Positions 22,368 to 30,634 of a DNA stretch of 34,046 bases are shown here, piece after piece. A program made the translations under genes and the position numbers. The DNA is taken from the IMG/VR virus record IMGVR_UViG_3300045988_161943. One strand, given 5' to 3'. The stretch comes from a virus. Below the pieces are notes generated by a model. It was not told the DNA's origin, made no database searches, and worked only from the letters and a program-made list of their open reading frames with translations. Each line of letters opens with the position of its first letter. Position 1 is the first letter of the stretch.

Positions 22368-22843
22368 AATCCGAATAAGTTTGCGGGTTCGAAAATTGCC
22401 GAACAATAGTCCGGCACGGCCCCCAGTTCGACGAGCTTCGGCCGCAGGACGCAGCATTGGCGCACCATATCGTTCCAAACCTCTATGGCACGGATGCGCG
22501 GACTCGCTTCGTCCGAATATTCCCCACGCTGCACCTTCTCGCCGGCCGGTGTGCCGACCGTAGTATGCGTGCGCAGCCAGTAGAAATAGACATAGTTCGC
22601 AATGGGCGAGGTCTTGACCGCTTCGTTTCTGAGCAGCGCAACGATCTGCGGATTCTCCTCCGCCGTCTCTGCCAGTGCCTCACCCAACAGATTGCGGAGG
22701 AATCTCGGCTCGTAAATGGCGATGTAGGAGTTCGCCGAATCGATGAGTGCCTGAGCGAGCGCCGTCGGCTTGTCGTCCTTCCGATTGGCGATGCCGGAGA
22801 TGTAGATCGGATCCTTTTCGAAATAGGTATTGTCGATAATCAT
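22364..22843 (-). CDS. Head-tail connector-region protein (159 aa).
   Basis: Intact ORF, first gene after the post-capsid hairpin. Confidence 0.55.
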   Translation of the reverse strand: MIIDNTYFEKDPIYISGIANRKDDKPTALAQALIDSANSYIAIYEPRFLRNLLGEALAETAEENPQIVALLRNEAVKTSPIANYVYFYWLRTHTTVGTPAGEKVQRGEYSDEASPRIRAIEVWNDMVRQCCVLRPKLVELGAVPDYCSAIFEPANLFGL

Positions 22844-22860
22844 GGAAAATGTATTTAGCG

Positions 22861-22888
22861 GGCGCAGGGGCGATCAAACCCCTGCGTC
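22861..22888 (-). terminator. Strong intercistronic hairpin after the capsid genes (8-10 bp GC-rich stem, 8-nt loop).
   Basis: cgcagggg 22863-22870 pairs with ccccugcg 22879-22886, extendable by a G-U pair and a G-C pair. There is no clear U-tract. Confidence 0.45.
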
Positions 22889-22899
22889 CTGAAATTACT

Positions 22900-23064
22900 T
22901 CACCGTTTCTCGGTGGCGCGGCCCAACTTGATGAGCGTCTTGGCATGTACGGGATGCACCTTATAGGCTTTGCCCTTCTCCAGCGTATTGCCGGGGCCGC
23001 CGGTTCCGTAGACCGTCACGCGATCGTTGAAGTCCACATTGGTCTTTTCTTCTTTCGTTGTCAT
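22900..23064 (-). CDS. Small protein (54 aa) directly after the major capsid gene, not in the ORF track.
   Basis: MTTKEEKTNVDFNDRVTVYGTGGPGNTLEKGKAYKVHPVHAKTLIKLGRATEKR*. It fills the 23105-22844 gap. Confidence 0.5.
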   Translation of the reverse strand: MTTKEEKTNVDFNDRVTVYGTGGPGNTLEKGKAYKVHPVHAKTLIKLGRATEKR

Positions 23065-23105
23065 ATTCTTGTTCGTTTAACGTGTTTGACTTAGGCTGCC
23101 ACCTT

Positions 23106-24368
23106 CTAAGGCTCGGCAGCCGGTTTCTGCAAGGCGGCGATAATGGTCGCGAACGCGCCTTTGACGAACGCCCCCTGATCGACCGATGCGAAGTACGAGT
23201 GCAGACGCTCCTCGCAGATGACCGTGAAGAGATTCTTCTGGAAGTCGTCGTCGACCCACCCGAATTCGACGCGAATGCCTTTGTACGGGCGAACGTTCCA
23301 TTTGCTCGTATCGGCAACGAGGAAATCGCCGGCCTTGACGTAGGTCGATTCCACGATCTCCACCCCGCGGATGAGCCGGAACAGCTCGTCCGAGATGTAG
23401 TGACCCGTCGAATCCTTCGTCAGGTCGATGGAGGCCCGATCCGAAGGGTTGAGCATCACCACGTCGGGATAGAAGTTCAGGTTCCGCATCTGGAGGATCG
23501 CTGCGCGGATCGCATCGGCCTTGTTCGCCATTTCGACCGTCCCGTCGAGCGCGGTGGCCGTATAGGTGGCAGCAGCCGTAAAGATGCCTTTGAGATTCAC
23601 GCCCGTGCCGTCACCGGTGAGCAGCTGTTTCGTGCGTTCCTGAACGAGCGACGTGCGCAGCATGTTGTCGATCTCCGACTGCATATAGTCGAAATCGTCG
23701 CGCATCTCGTAGGAGATTTTGGCCGATACGGCCACTTTCTTCGCCGTCGACGTCTCAGGGACATACGACCAGTCCATAGCGGGCTTCAAGGCCCCCTCGG
23801 CGATGAATGCAGGGGCGCCGTTGCCGGGCTTGCGATCCACCCACGTGATATTGGGCGAGTTGGTCGAGCCCTTGAACAATCGTTCTACGACGCGCGTGTC
23901 TTCGCTCGGCGCGTAATGGATAGTGCGGTCTACTTCGGTGTTGAGCGCTGTAACCGCCGCGGTATTGGCCGCCACGGTGATCGTCGTAGCCGCCGCTTTG
24001 ATCTCCAGTTCGAGCGCCGTATTGCGTTTCTCCGCGAAAGCGCGTTTCGCCTCGTCGCTCGAAAGGAACGCCTTGATCTGCTCGCGGATCGTGCGGCCCT
24101 TGCCGGCTCCGCCGCTCATCGAACGGCGGATCTCGCTCCCCTGCTCCTTGAGAGCCTTCTCGATCTCCGCGATCTTCTCGGCCGACACGCCCAGTTTCCC
24201 GAGCGACGATTTTACCGACTCGACGATCTCTTCCTCCGATTTGATCCCCTCGGCCAGCATTTCGAGCTGGTCGTTGATGTGCTTGCCGAGCAATTCCATG
24301 CCCTTGCGATCCACGTCCGAGAACTCCCCGCTGTCGGGCAGTTCGAATTTCTTGAATTTGAATGCCAT
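23106..24368 (-). CDS. Major capsid protein, HK97 fold, with an N-terminal delta (scaffolding) domain.
   Basis: 420 aa, immediately after the prohead protease. It has a coiled-coil N-terminus of about 100 aa and then capsid-like sequence. Confidence 0.8.
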   Translation of the reverse strand: MAFKFKKFELPDSGEFSDVDRKGMELLGKHINDQLEMLAEGIKSEEEIVESVKSSLGKLGVSAEKIAEIEKALKEQGSEIRRSMSGGAGKGRTIREQIKAFLSSDEAKRAFAEKRNTALELEIKAAATTITVAANTAAVTALNTEVDRTIHYAPSEDTRVVERLFKGSTNSPNITWVDRKPGNGAPAFIAEGALKPAMDWSYVPETSTAKKVAVSAKISYEMRDDFDYMQSEIDNMLRTSLVQERTKQLLTGDGTGVNLKGIFTAAATYTATALDGTVEMANKADAIRAAILQMRNLNFYPDVVMLNPSDRASIDLTKDSTGHYISDELFRLIRGVEIVESTYVKAGDFLVADTSKWNVRPYKGIRVEFGWVDDDFQKNLFTVICEERLHSYFASVDQGAFVKGAFATIIAALQKPAAEP

Positions 24369-24373
24369 GTTTT

Positions 24374-25069
24374 TCAGTTTTTGATTTGACCTAATTTTTC
24401 GAATACCGAACTGCGTGAAGTGAGTGGCGCGGGGGCCGGCTCGGCTTTGAACATCGACAGTATTCTGCTGTGTACTTTTTCGTATTCATCGGGCGCGGTC
24501 TCCCGTAATGCCTTGACATATCGTTCCATGTCGTCCAAGGCTTTCATGTCGCCGATATACTCCGTGTGCTCGTTGGCGCCGAAGGTGACGACCGAAATCT
24601 CGTGCAGAATAATCTCCTTCACGATCAGGCAGTCGAGGTCGGGATCGTAATCGCATTTGTCCCATACATACCGATAGCCTATCGAGAACTGGTTGAGCAC
24701 CCCTTCGTGCATCTGCACCCATGCGCGGCGAGCGTCCGGCACGGCATCGAAATCCGAGAGCTGCACCGTGGCGTATCCGCCGTCGTCCTTCTCCTCGATC
24801 GACAGGATGCGGCCGATCGGGTTCTTCGTCTCGTGCTGCCACAGGAATTGTATCTTCCGGTTCGTCGCAGAAGCCGGCCCGCGCTCCTGAATACTCTTGC
24901 TGATGCAACCCTTCATCAGCATGTCGCCGTCCGAATCGACCGTTCCGAACGAACAGAACTTCACGAGAATGATGTGTTTCTCCTCGTCCACGACATCGGC
25001 CTTCAATATCGGCGCTTGCTTGAAAGCCCCGCCGCGGCTCATGACTTTTTTATACAGTAGTTTGTCCAT
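24374..25069 (-). CDS. Prohead serine protease (HK97 / S78 family).
   Basis: FGTVDSDGDMLMKG..., FLWQHE...PIGR and IILHEISVVTFGANEHT are typical motifs. Confidence 0.8.
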   Translation of the reverse strand: MDKLLYKKVMSRGGAFKQAPILKADVVDEEKHIILVKFCSFGTVDSDGDMLMKGCISKSIQERGPASATNRKIQFLWQHETKNPIGRILSIEEKDDGGYATVQLSDFDAVPDARRAWVQMHEGVLNQFSIGYRYVWDKCDYDPDLDCLIVKEIILHEISVVTFGANEHTEYIGDMKALDDMERYVKALRETAPDEYEKVHSRILSMFKAEPAPAPLTSRSSVFEKLGQIKN

Positions 25070-26319
25070 TATTCCAGAATGTTTGCAATGATGTTTTTCC
25101 CCTGTTGCTCGGTAATGAGACCGGAGGCGATCGCGTTGCTGGCAGCCGTCACGGCCGCCGTCAGCGAGTCGGCATACAGCCGCTTCGCTTCCTGGAAGAT
25201 CGACAGGTGATCGAAATAGGGAACGATGCGGAATCCATCGAACCCGTGCGCCGCGTTCAATACCTCCGATATTCGCTCTGCATCCGGTTTGATCGCATCG
25301 TTGTACAACTTGATCTCGGCCGCCGTAAGATTCGCATAGGTCGTACCTTCGGTGTCGATCAGTACATACGGCACTTGATAGGCATCGGCGATCTCCTTCT
25401 TGGCATTGCGCTGCACCTCCGTGAGATTCATGTCCTTCATGTTGGCCGAAATCTGCACGAAAGCAGCCTTCAATCCGGTCACGATGTACTTATATTGGCC
25501 CTTCATCACGCCGTATCGCCGCAGGGCCGCTTGTGCCTGCTCCCGATCCTCCTTGTTCTCCGGCAACACGGATGTCCGGAAATCCTCGCTATTCAACGAG
25601 ATGATACCCAATGCCCCTCTGTTGATGATGAGTTCGTTCTGCGCCTCGAATGACGACACGAAAGGATTGACGGCGTTCTGCAAGGCTGACAGACGCGACT
25701 GCGATGCTCCGAAGATATTCGGATTATAGGCCGAATCCCGCACGACGAACATCTGATCCCGATCGACACGAATTTGATAATCGTTGATCGAAACCATATA
25801 ATAATCGATCTGCGGATCGGGCCGGAAACCGGTGAATTCGGAGGTCGTCACCTCCTGAACAAGCGGATTCGGAATCACGTAGAATTCGTAGGCCGTGGGC
25901 ACACCGACCGGCTCCCAGCGAAGAATATAGGCTTTTCCGTAAATATCCTTGAAGGCTTCGATCATCGCCGTGAAATCCTCGATCGTTTGAAAGTCATTCG
26001 GATGCTTCCACCTGTTCAGTTCCTCCGTGCGACCTGCAACCTGGCGAGCGTCGTCCGACGGATCGACAGCCCACCAGCGGGCGTTGCGAATTGCCGCGGA
26101 TTTCTTGGTCACGACCGAAAACAACGCGCTGCACCGAGCGTAAGCGATAGTCTGTCCGGCAACGGTGTCGCAGTCGATCGTACTACCGCTGCCCAATCCC
26201 ATTGCCGAGAGAAAATCGCGCACAGAGACGAACCGCTGTTCCTCCGCTGTCGGAGTTCCGCACTCCGATTTCGTCGTCAAGTCCTGACTCTTACTTCGCC
26301 ACTTCAAGCTGAATCTCAT
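25069..26319 (-). CDS. Portal protein.
   Basis: 416 aa between terminase and protease. I prefer the ATG at 26319 (MRFSLKW...) because the track's TTG start at 26340 lies inside the predicted -7 box. Confidence 0.75.
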   Translation of the reverse strand: MRFSLKWRSKSQDLTTKSECGTPTAEEQRFVSVRDFLSAMGLGSGSTIDCDTVAGQTIAYARCSALFSVVTKKSAAIRNARWWAVDPSDDARQVAGRTEELNRWKHPNDFQTIEDFTAMIEAFKDIYGKAYILRWEPVGVPTAYEFYVIPNPLVQEVTTSEFTGFRPDPQIDYYMVSINDYQIRVDRDQMFVVRDSAYNPNIFGASQSRLSALQNAVNPFVSSFEAQNELIINRGALGIISLNSEDFRTSVLPENKEDREQAQAALRRYGVMKGQYKYIVTGLKAAFVQISANMKDMNLTEVQRNAKKEIADAYQVPYVLIDTEGTTYANLTAAEIKLYNDAIKPDAERISEVLNAAHGFDGFRIVPYFDHLSIFQEAKRLYADSLTAAVTAASNAIASGLITEQQGKNIIANILE

Positions 26320-26330
26320 TGCACATAGCC

Positions 26331-26385
26331 TTTGAAGCAAATGTAAGGGCGATAAAAGAGGGTTCTCCGAACTTTTCGCTGTTTT
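26331..26385 (-). promoter_or_regulatory. Late promoter site B: conserved upstream element plus a TACATTTG box.
   Basis: Minus sense: TGAAAAACAGCGAAAAGTTCGGAGAACCC-N-TACATTTGCTTCAAA. The spacing from GTT to TTTG is 28 nt. Confidence 0.6.
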
Positions 26386-27651
26386 TCATTTTCGGCGGTT
26401 GCAGACCCAATAGAGATACTCCATTACAGCGTATCGGGCCGCATCCCACAAGTGATTGAATTTGTCGATCGGCTGGTTGATCGTAATGCCGTTCACCGAA
26501 TCCCACACATAGGAATTGGCCTCGGTTTGGAAATTACGGCTGCGGACGATATGAAGGCGGAACGATTTGACCATGTGAATTCCGTCCGTTACGGAACCGG
26601 CATATTTCTTCGCCTTCACCACGCTGAGCCCGCGCAGCAGCAGGCCGTCGACCATCGATTCGGGATTTTTAGCGTATTTGTCCGCCGAGTCGGCGAATAT
26701 GGGCATCCGCCCGACCACCCCCTCGATCGCATCGTAGAGCAAGGCCGGATCGGAGCAGGGTGCATAAAACTCTTCCTTCATGTATAGATCAAGCCCCCGA
26801 AGCCCCAGACGGACGAGCGCCGTAGGATCGTTCGTAAATCCGAAGTCAAGGCCGAACACGACCCTTTCCAGGTCGGACGGAAATTCATCGATCCAGTCGA
26901 TATTCGGATAGACAAGACCCTCTTTCGCTGCACGGATTCCCAATCCATAGACTTTCCATCGCCACTCGTCGGCCGTGCCCGCAGCAATGTTCGCCGGTGT
27001 AGGTTCATAGGATTCGATTTCTCGTATGACCCCAGGCGGGCAGAACGGATTGTCTTTGTATGTCGTGTGCGTAAAATAGGTGTGCGGCTGCCCTTCCAGT
27101 TCGAAGGCCCAATGTTCGGTATATTTGGGATTCCAGTCGCCGATGACCATCGTCGTGCAGCGCATCGTGATATTTTTGTACTGCTGCTTCGAGATGTCGT
27201 CCAGCATCTCGTTGATGTAGATGATGTCGCAATCGTATCCTTCACGGCTATCCATTCTGTCCAATCCGCGGAAATGGATCACGGAGTTGTTGATATAGTA
27301 GTCGGGATGTTGATTCTCGCTGCGCATCGCATCGGGATCGTAGACGCCGCGCAGGGTCAGTTTCTTGCGGAAATCGGCAAGGGTGATCTCCTTGCAGGCC
27401 TGCAACGTATTTCGATATACGAAGATATTGAGCGGGGATAGTGCGAGCGTACAGATGTCGTACAGAAAATCGAAGGCATCGTAGGTCTTCCCCGAACGGC
27501 TCGACCCTTCATTAAAAATCTTCAACACCGCATCCTGTTCCCTGTACTGCATGTACCGATACATGAGGTAACGATACACTTTCCCCCGATAGGTGCGGAT
27601 GTCAGGCAGACGATGCATCGGCAGGCGGTGTTTTTTCGATCGACAACGCAT
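26386..27651 (-). CDS. terL: Terminase large subunit.
   Basis: Walker A EGSSRSGKT followed by a nuclease-type C-terminal half. The start could be 27651 or 27618. Confidence 0.85.
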   Translation of the reverse strand: MRCRSKKHRLPMHRLPDIRTYRGKVYRYLMYRYMQYREQDAVLKIFNEGSSRSGKTYDAFDFLYDICTLALSPLNIFVYRNTLQACKEITLADFRKKLTLRGVYDPDAMRSENQHPDYYINNSVIHFRGLDRMDSREGYDCDIIYINEMLDDISKQQYKNITMRCTTMVIGDWNPKYTEHWAFELEGQPHTYFTHTTYKDNPFCPPGVIREIESYEPTPANIAAGTADEWRWKVYGLGIRAAKEGLVYPNIDWIDEFPSDLERVVFGLDFGFTNDPTALVRLGLRGLDLYMKEEFYAPCSDPALLYDAIEGVVGRMPIFADSADKYAKNPESMVDGLLLRGLSVVKAKKYAGSVTDGIHMVKSFRLHIVRSRNFQTEANSYVWDSVNGITINQPIDKFNHLWDAARYAVMEYLYWVCNRRK

Positions 27652-28192
27652 CCTCCGCGTCTATTTGAATGACGACGGGAGCGACGGCAGGATTTTCTAT
27701 CTTTCCGGATAGTTTCACCTCCTTCGGCGCTGCGTAACCCAACATGTTCATGATGCTGTCGAGACTCTTCTGCTTGTCGTAGCACTCGATCTTCACGAAC
27801 TCCTCGACAATCTCATCGCCATTCGAAGCGATCCGTTTGACCTGTTTGGTATTGATCGACTTTATACATGCCTTCTCATCGTCCGTGAGCGACTCGAACT
27901 CTTTAAGCGACATCCAGCCGTTACGAATGCGGGTCGCATCCGAAAAGGCGATCTTCTGGTGCTCGCGGATGATCTGCAAGGCCGAGATGCCCGCAGCCTC
28001 GGCAAGGTGAGTTTTCAGATATTCGATCCTCGCTGCAACCCCGCTGTTTTGTAATAGCAGATAGGCATTATTCCATACCGTGTTATCGCTCATGTTCGAA
28101 CATCTGTAAGCATAGCGATATGCCTCGGACGCATTACCGCATTCGAGGTACTTATTGCAAAACTTTTCCTGTTTGATCGTGAGCTTGCCCAT
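27602..28192 (-). CDS. terS: Terminase small subunit (Terminase_2 / P27-like).
   Basis: LTIKQEKFCNKYLECGNASEAYRYAY... is a typical N-terminal HTH of this family. Confidence 0.8.
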   Translation of the reverse strand: MGKLTIKQEKFCNKYLECGNASEAYRYAYRCSNMSDNTVWNNAYLLLQNSGVAARIEYLKTHLAEAAGISALQIIREHQKIAFSDATRIRNGWMSLKEFESLTDDEKACIKSINTKQVKRIASNGDEIVEEFVKIECYDKQKSLDSIMNMLGYAAPKEVKLSGKIENPAVAPVVIQIDAEDALSIEKTPPADASSA

Positions 28193-28245
28193 ATATGCAA
28201 AGATCGCCTATCGGGGAGACGATTCTTTCAACTTTTCGCTCTTTT
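28191..28245 (-). promoter_or_regulatory. Late promoter site A (more diverged copy), abutting the terS ATG.
   Basis: Minus sense: TGAAAAAGAGCGAAAAGTTGAAAGAATCG-N-GATCTTTGCATATATG. The GTT-to-TTTG spacing is the same 28 nt. Confidence 0.45.
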
Positions 28246-28473
28246 TCATTGCCCGATATAGCGGTATTGTAGGCGTGCATGTAAATCATGCCACTCTTCG
28301 ATCAGTCGGGGATGCCGTTCGACAAATGCCTCCCACTCGATGCGGCGCAGATAGATCCGCCCGTTGCGGACGACTGTGCCGAGTGTCCGATCCACTCGAA
28401 TCGATTTCCATATCCAACGTGTCGAAATGCCGTACTCATCGGCTGCGGCCTGAATTGAGATAAAATGGTTCAT
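28246..28473 (-). CDS. Small HTH DNA-binding protein (75 aa) heading the packaging operon.
   Basis: ISIQAAADEYGISTRWIWKSI...NGRIYLRRIEWEAF is an HTH_17/excisionase-like pattern. Confidence 0.6.
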   Translation of the reverse strand: MNHFISIQAAADEYGISTRWIWKSIRVDRTLGTVVRNGRIYLRRIEWEAFVERHPRLIEEWHDLHARLQYRYIGQ

Positions 28474-28512
28474 TGCAAATCCCGAATTAATTACTACCTT
28501 TGTTCTTGGGTG

Positions 28513-28542
28513 AGGGGTGATCTTTCGGGATCGCCTCTTTTT
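28513..28542 (+). terminator. Hairpin plus T-tract, canonical as an intrinsic terminator only on the plus strand. It marks the boundary between the accessory and late modules.
   Basis: Stem 28513-28522 / 28529-28538 (10 bp including G-U pairs), loop tttcgg, then tttt at 28539-28542. Confidence 0.4.
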
Positions 28543-28553
28543 ATATCAAACAA

Positions 28554-28781
28554 TTACACCTGTTCTACTTTCCGGAATATTACATCCGTCCCATCCTCTC
28601 GTTCGTACCAACGACAGTTGCCTGTCATCTCGTTGTAAGAGCAATTGCCAAAACGCGCACAATCCCGACATGCACATCCCTCTTTATTTCGATCATACCC
28701 TACAACCTCTACGGTCTCGCCTTCATACACGAACCGCTCGCCGACCGGACGGGTGTAACGTTTTTCATCTCTGGGTTTCAT
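28554..28781 (-). CDS. Cys-rich small protein (75 aa).
   Basis: ...GCACRDCARFGNCSYNEMTGNCRWY... Intact ORF. Confidence 0.55.
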   Translation of the reverse strand: MKPRDEKRYTRPVGERFVYEGETVEVVGYDRNKEGCACRDCARFGNCSYNEMTGNCRWYEREDGTDVIFRKVEQV

Positions 28782-28788
28782 GGCTTCC

Positions 28789-29148
28789 CTACCTTTCGAG
28801 TTTCACCTCCTCGTCCATTCCGACGATACCCCGCCGGCGCAGACGCTTGATGAAGTTCTTTATGTTCAATGCCTGCTCATAGTAACAGTCCTTTTCGACC
28901 TTGACACGCGATTTGCGGTCGCTCTCGACCTTCATGTTCTCAGGATTCAGCCACGAATCGGCCGACACCTCCACTTCCGCTCTCGACGCTGTCCGCGTAA
29001 CTGTATTGAATTTATAGAGGGTATGACCGGGCACCCGAACCAGTTGCCCGATCAGTTTGTATTCGTTCTGCTTTCGTTCGACGGCCTCGATCTGCGCTTT
29101 GGCTATCTTATCGTTCGTCACGCCGTCATGTGGAGTCAAGATGTCCAT
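28789..29148 (-). CDS. Hypothetical protein (119 aa).
   Basis: I prefer the start MDILTPHDG at 29148 (cat at 29146-29148). It avoids overlapping the upstream gene. Confidence 0.5.
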   Translation of the reverse strand: MDILTPHDGVTNDKIAKAQIEAVERKQNEYKLIGQLVRVPGHTLYKFNTVTRTASRAEVEVSADSWLNPENMKVESDRKSRVKVEKDCYYEQALNIKNFIKRLRRRGIVGMDEEVKLER

Positions 29149-29152
29149 CGTT

Positions 29153-29419
29153 CTATTCGTTTTCGTAAATCGGTCGCCAGCCGATAACGACACCGTGATG
29201 TCCGAGCGTATTACTGAAATAAGAGTCATACCAATATCCAACGGAATACATAGTTTCGTCATTCCCAACAAGTTGTATTTTCAATAACACGTCCTTGCCA
29301 CGCTCGGGTGAATCCTTCGGATTGCGCCAGCGGAGCAGTTCGTTCCGTTCACTCATAGCACCTGCAACAAATCCACGTCTTTCCAGCATAGATAGATATC
29401 CCAATCTGACCGGAAGCAT
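29153..29419 (-). CDS. DUF551-like protein.
   Basis: ...WRNPKDSPERGKDVLLKIQLVGNDETMYSVGYWYDS...GVVIGWRPI is a DUF551-type pattern. The start is uncertain (29419, 29389 or 29356). Confidence 0.55.
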   Translation of the reverse strand: MLPVRLGYLSMLERRGFVAGAMSERNELLRWRNPKDSPERGKDVLLKIQLVGNDETMYSVGYWYDSYFSNTLGHHGVVIGWRPIYENE

Positions 29420-29487
29420 TTCGTCAGGATCAAGGGGGGTCGATTACGGCTTCTTTTGCCCGTTCTTTAATCGTTTTCATATTTCGT

Positions 29488-29688
29488 TCAGTTTATAGCG
29501 ACCTTTTTATTCCGAAGTAAAAGTCCTTTTTCTACCAGCCTTAAACAGATAGGGGAAGCCCAACAACTATGGTGTGCTCCGGAAAACCCGAAAGTTCGAG
29601 CGTGTTCAGTCCCTATCACCGACGGCGACACATAATCTTTACCTTTCAGGTAGGATATTATCCACTCTTCGCTTTTCGTCAGTTTCAT
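29488..29688 (-). CDS. Small winged-helix-like protein (66 aa).
   Basis: ...ICLRLVEKGLLLRN... ATGA coupling at 29685-29688. Confidence 0.5.
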   Translation of the reverse strand: MKLTKSEEWIISYLKGKDYVSPSVIGTEHARTFGFSGAHHSCWASPICLRLVEKGLLLRNKKVAIN

Positions 29689-29960
29689 ATCTCATCCAAT
29701 TTTTGGATAAATGATCTCAAATCTTCACACAGCGCAGGGTGGCAATCCCTGCCGATCCCGCCACAATCGTCCTTGTATTTGCATGAGGATTTGAATGCCT
29801 CTATTGCCTTTTCACGCATCCGCTCCTCGGTTTCTTGCTCGGCGAGTTCGGCCGCACGGGTCATTGCAGCCCGGAGCTGCCATTTGGCGTGGTCTGTCAT
29901 CTCCACCGTGAGATGATCCATACACCCGTCGATAAATTCTTTTGCTTCTTTGCTTTTCAT
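29685..29960 (-). CDS. Small acidic helical protein (91 aa), paralog of 29957..30202.
   Basis: Shared MKS..AKE.I...AEQE.EERMREKA...FIQKL blocks. This copy has an extra Cys-rich insert. Confidence 0.55.
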   Translation of the reverse strand: MKSKEAKEFIDGCMDHLTVEMTDHAKWQLRAAMTRAAELAEQETEERMREKAIEAFKSSCKYKDDCGGIGRDCHPALCEDLRSFIQKLDEI

Positions 29961-30202
29961 TCCTCGGTCAGTTTTTGGATAAATTCGTCGGCTATCTTTT
30001 GGGGCATATCGCCTTGAAAAATGCCGCCCATCATTTCCTTGACAATCTTATGCGCTTTCTCACGCATCCGTTCCTCGGCCTCCTGCTCGGCGATTTCGAC
30101 ACACTCAACCGCTCGGCCCTTCATCATGGAAGGTGCTGCATCACGGCTATTGCCAACGGCATATTTTTCAATAAGCTCTTTTGCTTTTTGGCTTTTCATC
30201 AT
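29957..30202 (-). CDS. Small acidic helical protein (81 aa), paralog of 29685..29960.
   Basis: See the paralog. ATGA coupling at both ends. Confidence 0.55.
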   Translation of the reverse strand: MMKSQKAKELIEKYAVGNSRDAAPSMMKGRAVECVEIAEQEAEERMREKAHKIVKEMMGGIFQGDMPQKIADEFIQKLTEE

Positions 30203-30600
30203 TCATCTCCTTTCAGCATTTCGGGGTTGTCGTGGATATTCCCGATGACCCACATCTGATATGAATCATCAAAGCAATCGGAGATTTGAAAAACATCAAC
30301 GTCCCCAAAGTTCACGACGAAACATCCGTTTTGCCATTCGACAACTCCGACGCTTTCAAATTTGTCGGTAAGGACGTCGCCCTCATAGACCTTTCTCGTG
30401 TTCTTGTCTTTCATCCCCGTGTATTGGCCGACGGTAGCGGGATCGACCTCCCATACGCAGGGGTACGATGCAATGAAATGCCTTACCTCGCCTTCGCAAA
30501 GGCCTTGATAGTAGAACCCTGTTACCCAGCCATCAGCAGGGCCAGTTTGTGTATTGTTGTCGAGGCGCTTGCCTCTGAATTTAATTTCTCTCATATTCAC
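30199..30600 (-). CDS. YopX family protein.
   Basis: IKFRGKR..., QYTGMKDKNTRKVYEGDVL... and VIGNIHDNPEML are the classic YopX signature. Confidence 0.8.
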   Translation of the reverse strand: MNMREIKFRGKRLDNNTQTGPADGWVTGFYYQGLCEGEVRHFIASYPCVWEVDPATVGQYTGMKDKNTRKVYEGDVLTDKFESVGVVEWQNGCFVVNFGDVDVFQISDCFDDSYQMWVIGNIHDNPEMLKGDE

Positions 30601-30634
30601 ATTTGGTTTTACCGGTTATCACCGTTCCCGTCGA

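Noticed and set aside
26320-26340. The TTG start at 26340 for the portal gene.
   Set aside because: It would lie inside the predicted TACATTTG -7 box. The first ATG (26319) downstream of the predicted transcription start is more plausible. This is uncertain without 5' mapping.
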